Positions 10,759 to 38,380 are shown, numbered from the stretch's first letter. The stretch: 64,000 nucleotides of DNA from Lytechinus pictus (GCF_037042905.1 NC_087251.1:14076001-14140000), one strand, 5' to 3'. Numbers and translations: made by a program. The notes: generated by a model not told the origin, from the letters alone.

Positions 10759-12089
10759 CAGTAGAGGCGCACGGCCAAGGCAATATTGGAGACTATCTCC
10801 AATGTGGGAGATTATCTAGTCTTGAGGACGCAATGATGATGATTTTTAAAATAATGAAATATACTTCTTCATCATTGACGTCTTGACACTCTTCCCCCAG
10901 TCGCATAAGAGAAGGACCATAATAAAGATGGATTTCCCTCGGAAATCCATCTTTAGAAACAAAAATCACCTTAATTGTATTGATTTCATTAATTTTCACA
11001 CCTTCCTACGCCTAATGCGTAGGAAGGTTTTAAAAATTATAACATGAAAATGTGAAAAATTTAAGGTTTCTTACCTAACTGATGCTGAGTAAACCCCTCG
11101 ATCCACATGTAAACAACGTAAGTACAATAGCGTCGACCCTTGAACCGCTTATGTATGACGTACTTCTGGCTAGCGATGCCGTTCTGATGAATAATTTATA
11201 GAAAAACAAATTATTTCGCAAATGTTAAAATTGGTATGAAACTTACAATTATTTTTAATTTACGTGATACATTTTAACATTTGCGAAATAATATTTTTTT
11301 TCTATAAATTATTCATCAGAACGGCATCGCTAGCCGGAAGTACGTCATACATAAGCGGTTCAAGGGTCGACGCTATTGTACTTACGTTGTTTACATGTGG
11401 ATCGAGGTGTTTATCCGGCATCAGTTAGGTAAGAAACCTTAAATTTTTCACATTTTCATGTTATAATTTTTAAAACCTTCCTACGCATTAGGCGTAGGAA
11501 GGTGTGAAAATTAATGAAATCAATACAATTAAAGTGATTTTTGTTTCTAAAGATGGATTTCCGAGGGAAATCCATCTTTATTATGGTCCTTTTCTTATGC
11601 GACTGGGGGAAGAGTGTCAAGACGTCAATGATGAAGAAGTATATTTCATTATTTTAAAAATCATCATCATTGCGTCCTCAAGACTAGAGATTATCTCCAA
11701 TATCAGAGACTTTTGTAAAGAATTTTGGTATCCTATTTTAGAGACAGTCTCCAGTTTTGGAGTCCAATTTCCTTTGTTTACATTTGCTGCAAAAGGATAA
11801 CCTTGGCGGCAAATAAAAATGTGATAAGCAGATTCCTCATGAAAAATTACCCCTTTTCACCGTCTACTTAAAAAATTCACCGTCTACTTTTGTTTTGATA
11901 AGGATTTTTGTTGTCAATCACACACAAAACAAATGGGCTTCTGACCTCAGTGAGACAAAATTTTGGGTGGAAAAAATCATGCTTTTGTTGGTGTTGTTTC
12001 TTTTGTCCTTTTGCAAAGCAAGTCTCCAATGTGGGAGATTGTCTCCCCTATTGGAGAGAGTCTCCCATATTGGCCGTGCGCCTCTACTG
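10759..12089. mobile_element. CAGTAG-family MITE (~465 bp, 5-bp TSD ACTAA) split by an 870-bp palindrome
   Basis: ACTAA|CAGTAGAGGCGCACGGCCAA ... TTGGCCGTGCGCCTCTACTG|ACTAA. Confidence 0.9.
10817..11686. mobile_element. 870-bp foldback element, TAG...CTA termini, 9-bp TSD (AcademH- or MULE-like)
   Basis: GAGATTATC|TAGTCTTGAGGACGC ... GCGTCCTCAAGACTA|GAGATTATC; ~415-bp arms with few mismatches around a ~40-nt spacer (11233-11270). Confidence 0.9.
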
Positions 12090-12359
12090 ACTAAAGTAAA
12101 ACTAAAGGCCACCGCACACCTTACGACCCGACTGGCTTGCGACTGAGTGTGGGGAGGTGTGACGTCACAACTCTTGTCAGCTTGAGAGTCGCAGACCGTT
12201 CAGAGACAAGTCGCAAGGAAAATCGTAAGCAGTAGAGGTGCACGGCCAATATTGGAGACTGTCTCCAATCACTCTAAGCACCAAGGTTATTAATTCCTGT
12301 GTTAAAAAAGTGAGTGCACGCGAATTAAATGTTGGACTTAAATTACTAGATCTTACCAT

Positions 12360-12825
12360 CAGTAGAGGCGCACGGCCAATATGGGAGACTCTCTCCAATA
12401 GGGGAGACAATCTCCCACATTGGAGACAATCTCCCACATTGGAGACTTGCTTTGCAAAAGGACAAAAGAAACAACACCAACAAAAGTATGATTTTTTCCA
12501 CCCAAAATTTTGTCTCACTGAGGTCAGAAGCCCATTTGTTTTGTGTGTGATTGACAACAAAATTCCTTATCAAAATAAAAGTAGACGGTGAATTTTTAAA
12601 GTAGACGGTGAAAAGGGGTAATTTTTCATGAGGAATCTGCTTATCACATTTTTATTTGCCGCCAAGGTAATCCTTTTGGAGCAAATGTAAACAAAGGAAA
12701 CTGGACTCCAAAACTGGAGACTGTCTCTGAAACTGGATACCCAAATTATTTACAAAAGTCTCTGATATTGGAGATAATCTCCCACATTGGAGACAGTCTC
12801 CAATATTGGCCGTGCGCCTCTACTG
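12360..12825. mobile_element. Intact CAGTAG-family MITE (5-bp TSD ACCAT), inverted relative to the other copies
   Basis: ACCAT|CAGTAGAGGCGCACGGCCAATAT ... ATATTGGCCGTGCGCCTCTACTG|ACCAT. Confidence 0.92.
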
Positions 12826-13917
12826 ACCATGGAGCTCCATGACGAAATCTATTCTTAAATTAGACTCTAGATATTACTAAATTGAAAAAAATGTATAAAT
12901 ATTACTCGCCTGGTCTTTTCTTGGGGTATTGAAGCCTTTTTGTCCAGAACTTGCTCAACTTTTGCGGCAAATTTTGTCGCCATAGGGTTGTGCACATTCT
13001 CATTTAATACTGGTTGTCACGTGACACGGCAATGTCGTTAGGCTGTTTGGCCTGTATTCAAGGCGTTCTATCCGTTATGATTTTATATTGAATGAAGCAA
13101 ATTCCATCAGGTATAGGCCCCTATCAAGTCAAAATCGATACAGGGATCGAGAGGGGGGGGGGGGGTGGAGCCAAAAATTTCCCAGTCACATGGTATGAAA
13201 ATGATATTTTTTATGATTGTCCACGATCATTAGGGCAAACCCGTGTGTGGCAGTACGGTAGCGTGATGAGTAAAAAAAAATAAAATAAAAGAAAGAAAGA
13301 GGGCCAATGTAGGCATACATTGCGCGTGGGAATAAAGTTGCTTTATATGTTCCAAGCGAGTGAAGCAAGCGAGAAAAAAACTTTTTGTGCAAATCTAAAT
13401 TTGAGATAGATATCTTAACTTACACTTTTCCTTTTCTTTTCATTAATTCCCTTCATTTCTTTTTTATCTTGGTTGTAGAACTTTCGGGGGCCCCTAGGCC
13501 TAACCCTTCCATCGTGTACCCCCAGTGCAATATCAGCAGGTGGGTCTCGATAACTCTGGATATTTAGTAATTAGACCTATTTATAGAAAAATATAACGTT
13601 AATGTTTTGACCCCTTCCCCCCCAAAAAAGGAAAAACAATTATAAACTAAGTTATATACATCCCCCTTTTCTCATTTTGCTTTTTATTTTCTCTATTCCC
13701 TCCTTATTTTTTTTTGGGGGGAGGGACCTTTTCGGGGAGCACCGCCCCTAGCTACGCGCCTACCAGATGAAGAGGCGAGCGAGCAAAACCTTTGTCACTT
13801 TTATTACAAATATCAATTTTGCAATAGATTTTGACATTACATTCGGAATTATTCTCGCATGCATTTTTCTTTCCTTTTGCTTTTTTATGGCCTTTTATTT
13901 CTCTTCCCTTTCTCTTT

Positions 13918-13920
13918 CTG

Positions 13921-13964
<44 letters not shown>

Positions 13965-13965
13965 T
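13918..13965. repeat. (TTTC)n microsatellite
   Basis: About 10 tandem TTTC units. Confidence 0.9.
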
Positions 13966-14179
13966 TCCTTCCTTCATTCCTTTTCTCTTATCCCGTTTTT
14001 TTTTGGTGAAATCCACTGGACCGGGGATCAAGGGCCAGCCTGCATGCCCCCGGCGGTTTACGCCTCTGCCGTGGATGTAAGCTATATATACGCATGATCT
14101 TAATCTTCATTATGATTCAAACTATATAGAGGCGCATCCAAGATTTTCCAAATTAAGTAGGGGGGGGGGGGGCGGGGTG

Positions 14180-14650
14180 AATTTTCTCAAGTAAAATTTG
14201 ACAACTCCCAAAAAAGGTTCTTACTAAAAAAAAAAAAACGGTCATTATATTGTCTCGCGTAAAGTTTGACAAGTTAAAAAAAAATGGTCACTCAAAATGA
14301 AAGTCATTTTGTCCGCGTAATATTCGGCAAGCCCCCCCCTCCACAAAAATAAGAAAAGGGAAAGTCATTTTGTCCACGTGATATTTGGCAACCCCCCCCC
14401 CCCAAAAAAAAAAAAAAAAAAAAAAAAAAAAGGTTTTAACTATAGCAATGATCGAAGGTCATTTTGTCTCGCGTAAAATTTGACAATTTTTTTATAAAGT
14501 TGTCACTAAAAAGAAGGTCATTTTTTTCACCATTGATTATATTTGGCAAGCCCCCAACCCCCACCCCCATAAAAAAGTTTGTCCCTAAAAGTGATGTATA
14601 GAAAGTCATATTGTTAATTTGTTCCCAGTAAAATTTTGAATTTGGCAATA
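14180..14650. repeat. Degenerate ~50-70 bp tandem array
   Basis: Recurring core gtcattttgtc(t/c)cgcgtaaaatttg(a/g)caa separated by poly-C/poly-A runs. Confidence 0.65.
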
Positions 14651-17244
14651 AAAAAAAAAGGCCAAAAAGAGAAAAGAATATGAACGAAACATCCCCATTA
14701 CAAATAATGCTGTACGTGATTCTCATGAGGGGGGGGGGGGCACATAACTAGTATTAACAACATATTTAATTCCAAAATGTTTACTATAAATCTCAAAAGG
14801 GGGAACGGGCAGAAATGCTCACCCCAACCCCCCCCCTCCCCCCCCCCCCCCGCCACTGATTCCAATCAATAATGACTTTTCTCTGCAATACTAATGCTTT
14901 GAAATCAAGATACTGAAGATTGATACGCTTAACATAAATTATGAACGTCTGACAAAAAGATAACCAACCGATCACCTGACCGATCAGCTGACCAGTACGC
15001 GTATCACTTCGGAGTTGATCACTCGTCGCAGGTGTGTGGAACGCTCACCGAAAATCAACAAAAAGGGCCTGAAATGTAAGTTTAACAATAATCCATTTTA
15101 ATTTCAACTATTTTGAGAACTTACTCAATTAAATGCGACCAAATAAAAGTTATATCTTAACACTGCAACTTGTATTAATGCGTACATTTACCAAAGTCTT
15201 GGGTTGGAAATCAGAACAGCATTGTCCAACCCATAATTTGGGTAATGTCGCCTATGAGGTCCATACATGTTAATGTTTGGACCTCATTGGTACTAGGAGT
15301 GTCTCCAATGTGGGAGATTATCTCCAATATCAGAGACTTTTGTAAAGAATTTTGGTATCCTATTTTAGAGACAGTCTCCAGTTTTGGAGTCCAATTTCCT
15401 TTGTTTACATTTGCTGCAAAAGGATTACCTTGGCGGCAAATAAAAATGTGATAAGCAGATTCCTCATGAAAAATTACCCCTTTTCACCGTCTACTTAAAA
15501 AATTCACCGTCTACTTTTGTTTTGATAAGGATTTTTGTTGTCAATCACACACAAAACAAATGGGCTTCTGACCTCAGTGAGACAAAATATTGGGCGGAAA
15601 AATTCATGCTTTTGTTGGTGTTGTTTCTTTTGTCCTTTTGCAAAGCAAGTCTCCAATGTGGGAGATTGTCTCCCCTATTGGAGAGAGTCTCCCATATTGG
15701 CCGTGCGCCTCTACTGGTAAGGATTTGACATGTCGAATCCTTATGACTGGATCGCAAGCTCAATCCAACTTCCAGCCAATCAGACAGCAGAGTTGCACGA
15801 CGCGTATATGATAAACAACGCGCATACGCAGTAGTAAGCGCACTTTCTCAGTTGCTATGGCAAAAAGCAAAAGGCGCATGCATGAGTCGCAGATCGAATC
15901 GCAAGGTGTGCGGTGTCGAGGCTTATGACCACCTTGCGATTCATCTCCCCTCACTCAGTCGTAAGCCAGTCGCAGACCATTCGGGTCGTAAGCCCGGGGG
16001 GGCCACTTACATTGACGAGTGGATACCATGCGCGACCACAAAAACAAGTAAACAAGTCTTTTTCAAGATAGAGCATGTTACGTACGTAACGTTATAAGGG
16101 TGTCAAAAACACAAAAATATTGAAAAAAGGGTATCTCTTCGCTCTGAAAAATATACGTGTTTAGGGTCAAATATGCGGGGATGATAAAACAAAATCAAAA
16201 TGTTTTATAGAGGATGTCCTTTTTGCCCCAACACTACGTGTTTAGAGTCCGATTTGCGCGAGGTGTGGAAGGTGGGGCCGTAATAAACCAAAATAATGGT
16301 GTGTAAAGGTAAAACCGACGACCGACGGACCCGTGACATAACAATATCGCTGTACTTGTTTAGGGGTTCATTTCAGGGAATACATGCCAAGAGTATCGTT
16401 TTGTTTCCAATACTTGTTAAGGGGTGCATTTTCAGAGTATGGAAAAAACATCGCTGTGCGTACTTGTGGCTCAATTTTGGGAATACTTGCCAATAGTATT
16501 TGTTTCCAATACTTGTTAAGGATAGGGTTTCACACGCCAATACTTGTTAAGGGCAACGTTCTCGCTACCACGAGTCACGGTTGGCGGGCGCCGACAACCC
16601 TGAAAATTTTCAGGGCAAATCCGCCAACCGTGAACTTCCCCGACAACTGTGGCCGACAACTGTGGCCGACAACTGTAAAACAGGCCTAGATCTACACAAA
16701 AACTGAATAATATATTAAAAAACAATGTGCTTTTCAGATCCTAAAATAAACTTGTCGATTATTTCGTCCACGATTTCTTCCCGGGATTTCTTTGACTCAC
16801 TACTAACTACGATACGACCTCGACTCGAGGCCCAATCTCCTTTGTGGGAAGCGCGAAGATGTCTACCCCCGTGTTTACCTCGCATTTGCGTATCGCATTG
16901 CTCACATTATTTACGTCTTTAAAATGGTAGTAAATGCGCTCAAAAACAAGTGAGGGGAGACGGGGGGAGACGGCTATCGTGGGTTACTGGGTTGGGCAAT
17001 GTAATTTAGATTATTATGAATTTCAGTTGATATTGTCACTTATTTTGTCAAAAATAAAGTGTGTCAACAATAATATGAAAATTCGATCGAAATTTAACTT
17101 CATCTCGTCCCACTAAGCTACATCGACTACATGAATTCACTGAATGCTTTTCTGATGACACTGCCGTAGAGCGAATTGAGAAAATTATTTCCAGATCACG
17201 TTAATAATGACAAAGCCAAAGGAATGGATTGATTTAATGCCCAA

Positions 17245-19715
17245 CTCATTTACTTACAGCAAAATTATTTATTCACATTTAAATTCCGATTTTACTCCAT
17301 AATTTCCAAAGTCTTGATCTCTACATCAATCTTTTGAAAGTGTTGATTAATTCGGCGACGGCATGTCTACCAAATTCTGTGCCACTGCACTTGCGCTCGC
17401 AACGGCCACATTCAGAATACAAATCGCACATGGCATAAAAATCCTTGGTCCGGGGATCCCAGTCTTTCAAAATAAGATGGGATCCAAAGCTAATTTAATT
17501 TGAATGTTTTTTTATATATTCATTGAATCTGTTATAATTTTCATTTTTTAAGTAATAATCTTTATTAATTCGCATTTTTTATCATTACGACTCATTTTGT
17601 AAAGTGAGTTATACGTAGTGTATTTTCATTTGTATTGTTTTATTACTCTTTACCTGCCAATTAATAATGAGCGCACCTGTCACGGGCCTGAGAAATGTTT
17701 TAGTCATCACAGTGAATGCTTTATGAATTTGTTGTACAATTGCTTAACAACTACGATTTAAAATAAAATATTTGAAATTAATTTGTGTAAAGGAGAAAGA
17801 GAGAATAATGGGGGGTGGTCGTGGGCAATGTAGATGAAAATGATGGGATGTTTGTGACTTTGTGGGGAGGGGATTGGCGAAAAGAAGTCAATGTTTGTAG
17901 CGAATGAAATTAATATTCATTTATGGATGTGTCTACTGTGATTGTGGCTGCATAATCTTTATGGCTATTGGAAAATCCACCACGGGTCGGGAGGGGTACG
18001 TGATTCAATAGATTTCGATAGAAGTACACATTCAACAAAGTGGAATTGGCAATTCATTCACAGATATTCATTTCAAGTACGAATTATTGAAGTTGATATG
18101 TGTGAACGTTTTAGAGGATACATTGTATATGTATTTCGTTTGTTCACGCCCACATGAGATGCTAGTATAATTTGAATATCGTTGGATGAAGTTTTCAAGT
18201 TCACTTATGTCTTTATGTTTTGTATATCGGAATTGTGCTTTTAACATGGAGTTATCTTTACAATGTCGTTAGCCTAATTATACTGCGAGTGGATGATATT
18301 TATGAAGTGAGTTGGAATGTGAATGAGACGCCCCAAAGCCGATGGCACATGATCTAATTAGTATTCACTTTCTTGGTTGAGCCAATCATTGTGCTTGAAA
18401 ACGGGTTTCCCGAATTCCCGCCCTTGGAATGTGTCCCACGTGTGTGACCTGTTAACCTGTTGTTTGAGTGCGGATCAGCTGATTTCGTGACCTCAAATAT
18501 TCTTCATGTTGTTTACGCTGGATGGGGGCTATAAAATTAAGAAGATCTTTCTCTTTTTTCATTTTTAATAAACTGTTCGTGAATTTCTGTAAATTTACAA
18601 CTAAACCTATAGTGATATTGTGATGCAATTTATTGAATCACGTACCTCGATCTTCCCACTCATGGTGCAAGAAAACATTTAAAAAATTTAAATTCACCAA
18701 AATATACATGTAAAGAAAGATTATTCAGCCGTCATCATCAGTAGAAGTATACACGTCTATAAAAATGTATTCGCTTCGAATATTGACTTCTTCACCAATC
18801 CCACACACACGATCTCAACATCCCCTTGTCATTGTCCACACCACGACCCCTCCCCTATCGCTCTCTCCCTTCGACCATCCTACAACCCCACCCCTCTTCC
18901 TCTTTCACACACGCTGTATTTGTAGGCCTACATAATGTATTATGTAAAAATAGAAATCTGCTTTCCTGTCAATTAACCTGTACTTTCAAAACATTTTAAA
19001 TCGCAATTAAGAACAACAAAATCGTAATATTAAAGTATTATGAATGACTAAAAATATTTCTCACGCTCGTGATGAGCACATTCATTATTTTATAGGTGAG
19101 TAACGAACAATACAAATGAACACAGCAATAATTGACAGTGATAAAAGAATCTTGATTGGATATTATTAGTATAAACATCATCAACAGAAGTCTTATGAGA
19201 GTTGTTTCAGTGAGTATCGAATAAACAAAACAAAAAACCATGCAAATTTTATAAGTTGGGGACCCGTCTCATGAATACCGATGCCCATTATTTGGAAGCC
19301 TCGGAAGAAAACTTCCGAGGCTTCCAAATACCTCGGTCACATTTGCTCTACGGCGGCCGTACGGCGAGTCGAAAACAGCCGTTTTATTCATTTTTATTCA
19401 AACCACCTATATTCAGCTGGTACAACAATTTTAAAAACGGCTGTTTCCGACTCGCCGTACGCCGCCGTAGAACAAATGTGACCGAGGTATAAAGTCGGAA
19501 CAATCTTTGGATTTAGTAAGGACGTGACGCGGCGCAAGCTCAAAAGGCTACGCATGCGGTCCGTAGATGTAGTCGGTCATTGACATATTAAGAAACAACA
19601 CGCATTCACAAAATTAATCGCACTTTCTAAGGATGTAGCGATCTAAACATTGGAAAGCATGGAGTTAATTTATCGATGCCATCGATGTGAATAAATCTAA
19701 AACTGTAAGTATAAA
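17245..19715. repeat. Old diverged inverted repeat (arms ~17245-17960 and ~18760-19715)
   Basis: The reverse complement of 17250-17355 aligns with 19610-19715 (aattaatc..cactttc..gatgtag.gatc..atggagt..atgtgaataaat..ctgtaagt). Further inverted pairs: tgagaaatgttttagtc / gactaaaaatatttctca and agaagtcaat / attgacttct. Confidence 0.7.
19329..19489. mobile_element. 160-bp palindromic MITE (TA/TWA-flanked, Harbinger-like)
   Basis: ~55-bp TIR tacctcggtcacatttgctctacggcgg / ccgccgtagaacaaatgtgaccgaggta; a diverged sibling is at 59975-60137. Confidence 0.85.
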
Positions 19716-20217
19716 ATGATATTGACTTCAATTCATTTCCCAAGACAAGTTGACCTTTTTAAGTTATCAGTAATTGCCTTTCTGCTTCAATCGCAATTCG
19801 CGCAACCGTTACAGCAGTGTGGCCGGAGAAGCATTGAATAGATATAAAATGTGGTGCATTTAGCAGCAATCTAAGCTCGTCGATATTGATATTTTCGATA
19901 GCTACCGCGCTTCCCTCCCAGCGCTAACCCTCCCCCCCTGCATGCTTTGCACGCACCGAGGCCGCTGCGCGGCTTGCGTCACTTCGCACCGCCAAGCATC
20001 AGAGTGAACCTGGCGAGAACGTTGGTTAAGGGGTGCATTTTAAGAATATGGAAAATACGTGTTTAGGGTGCTTTTCAAGACCCCGTGGCCGTGCATGGTA
20101 TCCACTCGTCACTGGAAGTGGCCCCTCCGGGGTCGTAAGGTGTGCGGTGGCCTTAATATGCTCCATGAAATTATTACACGGAATAGAAATATGTCATGTT
20201 TTCTGCATTTAACATTA

Positions 20218-20345
20218 GGCGCACGGCCAATATGGGAGACTCTGTCTCCCAAATCTCCCATATTGGAGACTTGCTTTGCAAAAGAACAAAAGAAACACCA
20301 CCAACGACAGAAGCGTAATTTATTCCACCCAAAATTTTGTCTCAG
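20218..20345. mobile_element. Older truncated CAGTAG-family fragment
   Basis: ggcgcacggccaatatgggagac...cccaaaattttgtctca matches 12367-12516 with substitutions. Confidence 0.7.
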
Positions 20346-20972
20346 CTCACTAGGGCCGTCTGCACCATTCCGAGTTTTCAAATTAGCGCGCTATTTCTGA
20401 TCCGGCAAATTATCCCGCTCTGAACAATCTCGATATTATTTGCAATGGAGACGCAATTATCACGCTAGTTCGCAGGATTAATCTCGAGATTGCAATCCCA
20501 ATTCAATTTGGGATTATTTGCAAAATACCGCGCTATTTTACGAATTATCCTGCTAATTCGCAGGTGCAGATGCACTCAAGATTGGACTCGGGGAAATTTA
20601 TTCATGATGTCAGTCCATAATGCAATTCGCGTTCCACTTCCGCCTTGGTCAAAACACATTGCGTACCATACACATGCGAATGTCAACTTACCTGCGCACG
20701 CTAGTATTAGATTGGTATTATTATTGTTTGTCCAAGAATTTTGTTTAGGAACCATAATACCGGTAATTTGCGGAAGGATCTGCTCCCTCTTTGAGAGCCA
20801 CAATAACAATGTTTATTGTGCCCCCCTTTTGAAAGTCACAGCATATATTTTGTTAATAGTAATATGTCTTTCATACACAAGTGAGGACTTTTTTTTTTGG
20901 GGGGGGGGGGGCTTTTCAAATTTTACATGGACGAAATTTAGAGGGCTCAATACATTTGAACAACATCTCTAA

Positions 20973-37075
<16,103 letters not shown>

Positions 37076-37774
37076 TAAATAATTGTCTCAGTTGCAGGAA
37101 GATAAAAAAAGTTTCCTCCATTGTGACGCTGTCACATTCTGCTGCGTCATACGCGTCACTTATCATTTACACTTTTACAAACTTGTTACCTGATGGCTTA
37201 CGTTTAGATTTATTAACACTAACAGTTGTATAACATCTTTTGATGCTGCCCTCATGGTTCCATTTTCTATAAGGTTTAGTGAAAATTAGTAAATGCCTCG
37301 ACTGTGCTTTTATCTTACATACATGTATCTTGGCAAATGTTTGAACTAATGTAATGAGATGAATAAAGTCAAATGCATCCACATTCCCATATATGTGTTC
37401 TTGTTGATGATGTTGTCTAGAGGGTTCTTAGGATCAAAGGTCATATTTTGTTAGATAGCTTGAATGCACTCTGCCATGTAAAATGTTATTGATTTTTTCA
37501 GATTGTCTGTTTTTGTCCATCATAATATACTTTATGCCTAGAATTTTGTCTGATAGTGATGCTTCCTGCGATATTCCCCTAAGAGTCTCATATTCTAAAG
37601 GTTATATTTTAGAATTATAAATTATGACGCATTCTTTTTACTGCTTGTTGATATTTTTAGGCAGAAATCTAAATTTGATTTCTTGTTGTTTTGAGATTCA
37701 TGGTCAAATCAGTATTGCTGTTTTTTTTATTCATCATGGTGTCTGTCGGATAAAATTAAAAGAAGGTGGATTAA

Positions 37775-38380
37775 AGGGATGGTCTAGGCTGCAGATATTT
37801 ATATCTTAATAAATAGAGTAAAATTCACAGAGCAAAATGCTGAAAATTTGATCAAAATCAGATAACAAATAACAAAGTTTTTGGATTTTAAAGATTTGCA
37901 TTACTCCGGTGAAACAGTTCTAGGCATGTGTTCATGAATATTCATTAGGTGGGCTGATGATGTCATCTCCCCATTTGTTCTTTTGTATTCTATTATATGA
38001 AATTAGGTTAATTCAAATTTTTTTCTCCCAAGAACTAAAACAATTGGATTGACAACTGATTAAAATGCATAGTTATTTATTGCCGCAACTTATTTCATCA
38101 TAATGGAGACACATCATTTACACATGTATGAAAAAATGAAACAAATATGATTTCTTGTAATAACATAACAAAAAGGAAAGTGTGGATGTGATATCATCAG
38201 CCCACCTAATGAATATTCATGACAATGTGCATATAACTGTTTTCACAAAATATTGATAAACTATTAAATTCAATAACTTTGTTATTTGTTATCCGATTTT
38301 GATGAAATTTTCAGCATTTTGCTCTGTGAATTTAACTCTTATTTATTTAGATATACATATTTTCAGCCTGGACCATCCCT
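37775..38380. mobile_element. Kolobok-like MITE
   Basis: TTAA|AGGGATGGTCTAGGCTG ... CAGCCTGGACCATCCCT|TTAA; ~200-bp imperfect inverted arms. Confidence 0.88.

Larger units (their letters stand above)
12270..15301. mobile_element. 3-kb non-autonomous DNA element, CACTC...GAGTG termini, 8-bp TSD
   Basis: TCTCCAAT|CACTCTAAGCACCAA ... TTGGTACTAGGAGTG|TCTCCAAT (TIR 12/15 match). Confidence 0.8.
12230..15716. mobile_element. CAGTAG-family MITE (5-bp TSD GTAAG) split by a 3-kb insertion
   Basis: GTAAG|CAGTAGAGGTGCACGGCCAA ... TTGGCCGTGCGCCTCTACTG|GTAAG; 15302-15716 nearly matches 11687-12089. Confidence 0.9.
16554..20024. mobile_element. 3.5-kb non-autonomous element, 12-bp TIR CAACGTTCTCGC, 8-bp TSD (P/hAT-like)
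   Basis: GTTAAGGG|CAACGTTCTCGC ... GCGAGAACGTTG|GTTAAGGG; subterminal 13-bp repeats (ccgacaactgtgg)x3. Confidence 0.85.
15993..20131. mobile_element. CCCGG-terminal MITE with 8-bp TSD, split by a 3.5-kb insertion
   Basis: GTCGTAAG|CCCGGGGGGGCCACTTACATTGACGAGTGGATACCATGC ... GCATGGTATCCACTCGTCACTGGAAGTGGCCCCTCCGGG|GTCGTAAG. Confidence 0.85.
12106..20153. mobile_element. PIF/Harbinger-like MITE (~420 bp native), outermost layer of an 8-kb nest
   Basis: TAA|AGGCCACCGCACACCTTACGACCC ... GGGTCGTAAGGTGTGCGGTGGCCT|TAA; native pieces are 12106-12229, 15717-15992 and 20132-20153. Confidence 0.85.

Noticed and set aside
10793..11800. Duplicated ORFs MKINEINTIKVIFVSK... on opposite strands
   Set aside because: Mirror images produced by the palindrome arms; GTG start and no recognisable domain.
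11895..15811. Recurrent short ORFs MIRIFVVNHTQ.../MLSITHKTNG... (Cys-rich, signal-like)
   Set aside because: They are translations of the multi-copy CAGTAG MITE, not a peptide gene family.
19500..19704. Primary Sec23 promoter/exon 1
   Set aside because: It lies three layers deep in recent transposons and has an inverted paralogue at 17250-17430, so it cannot be the ancestral promoter. Kept only as a possible alternative exon.
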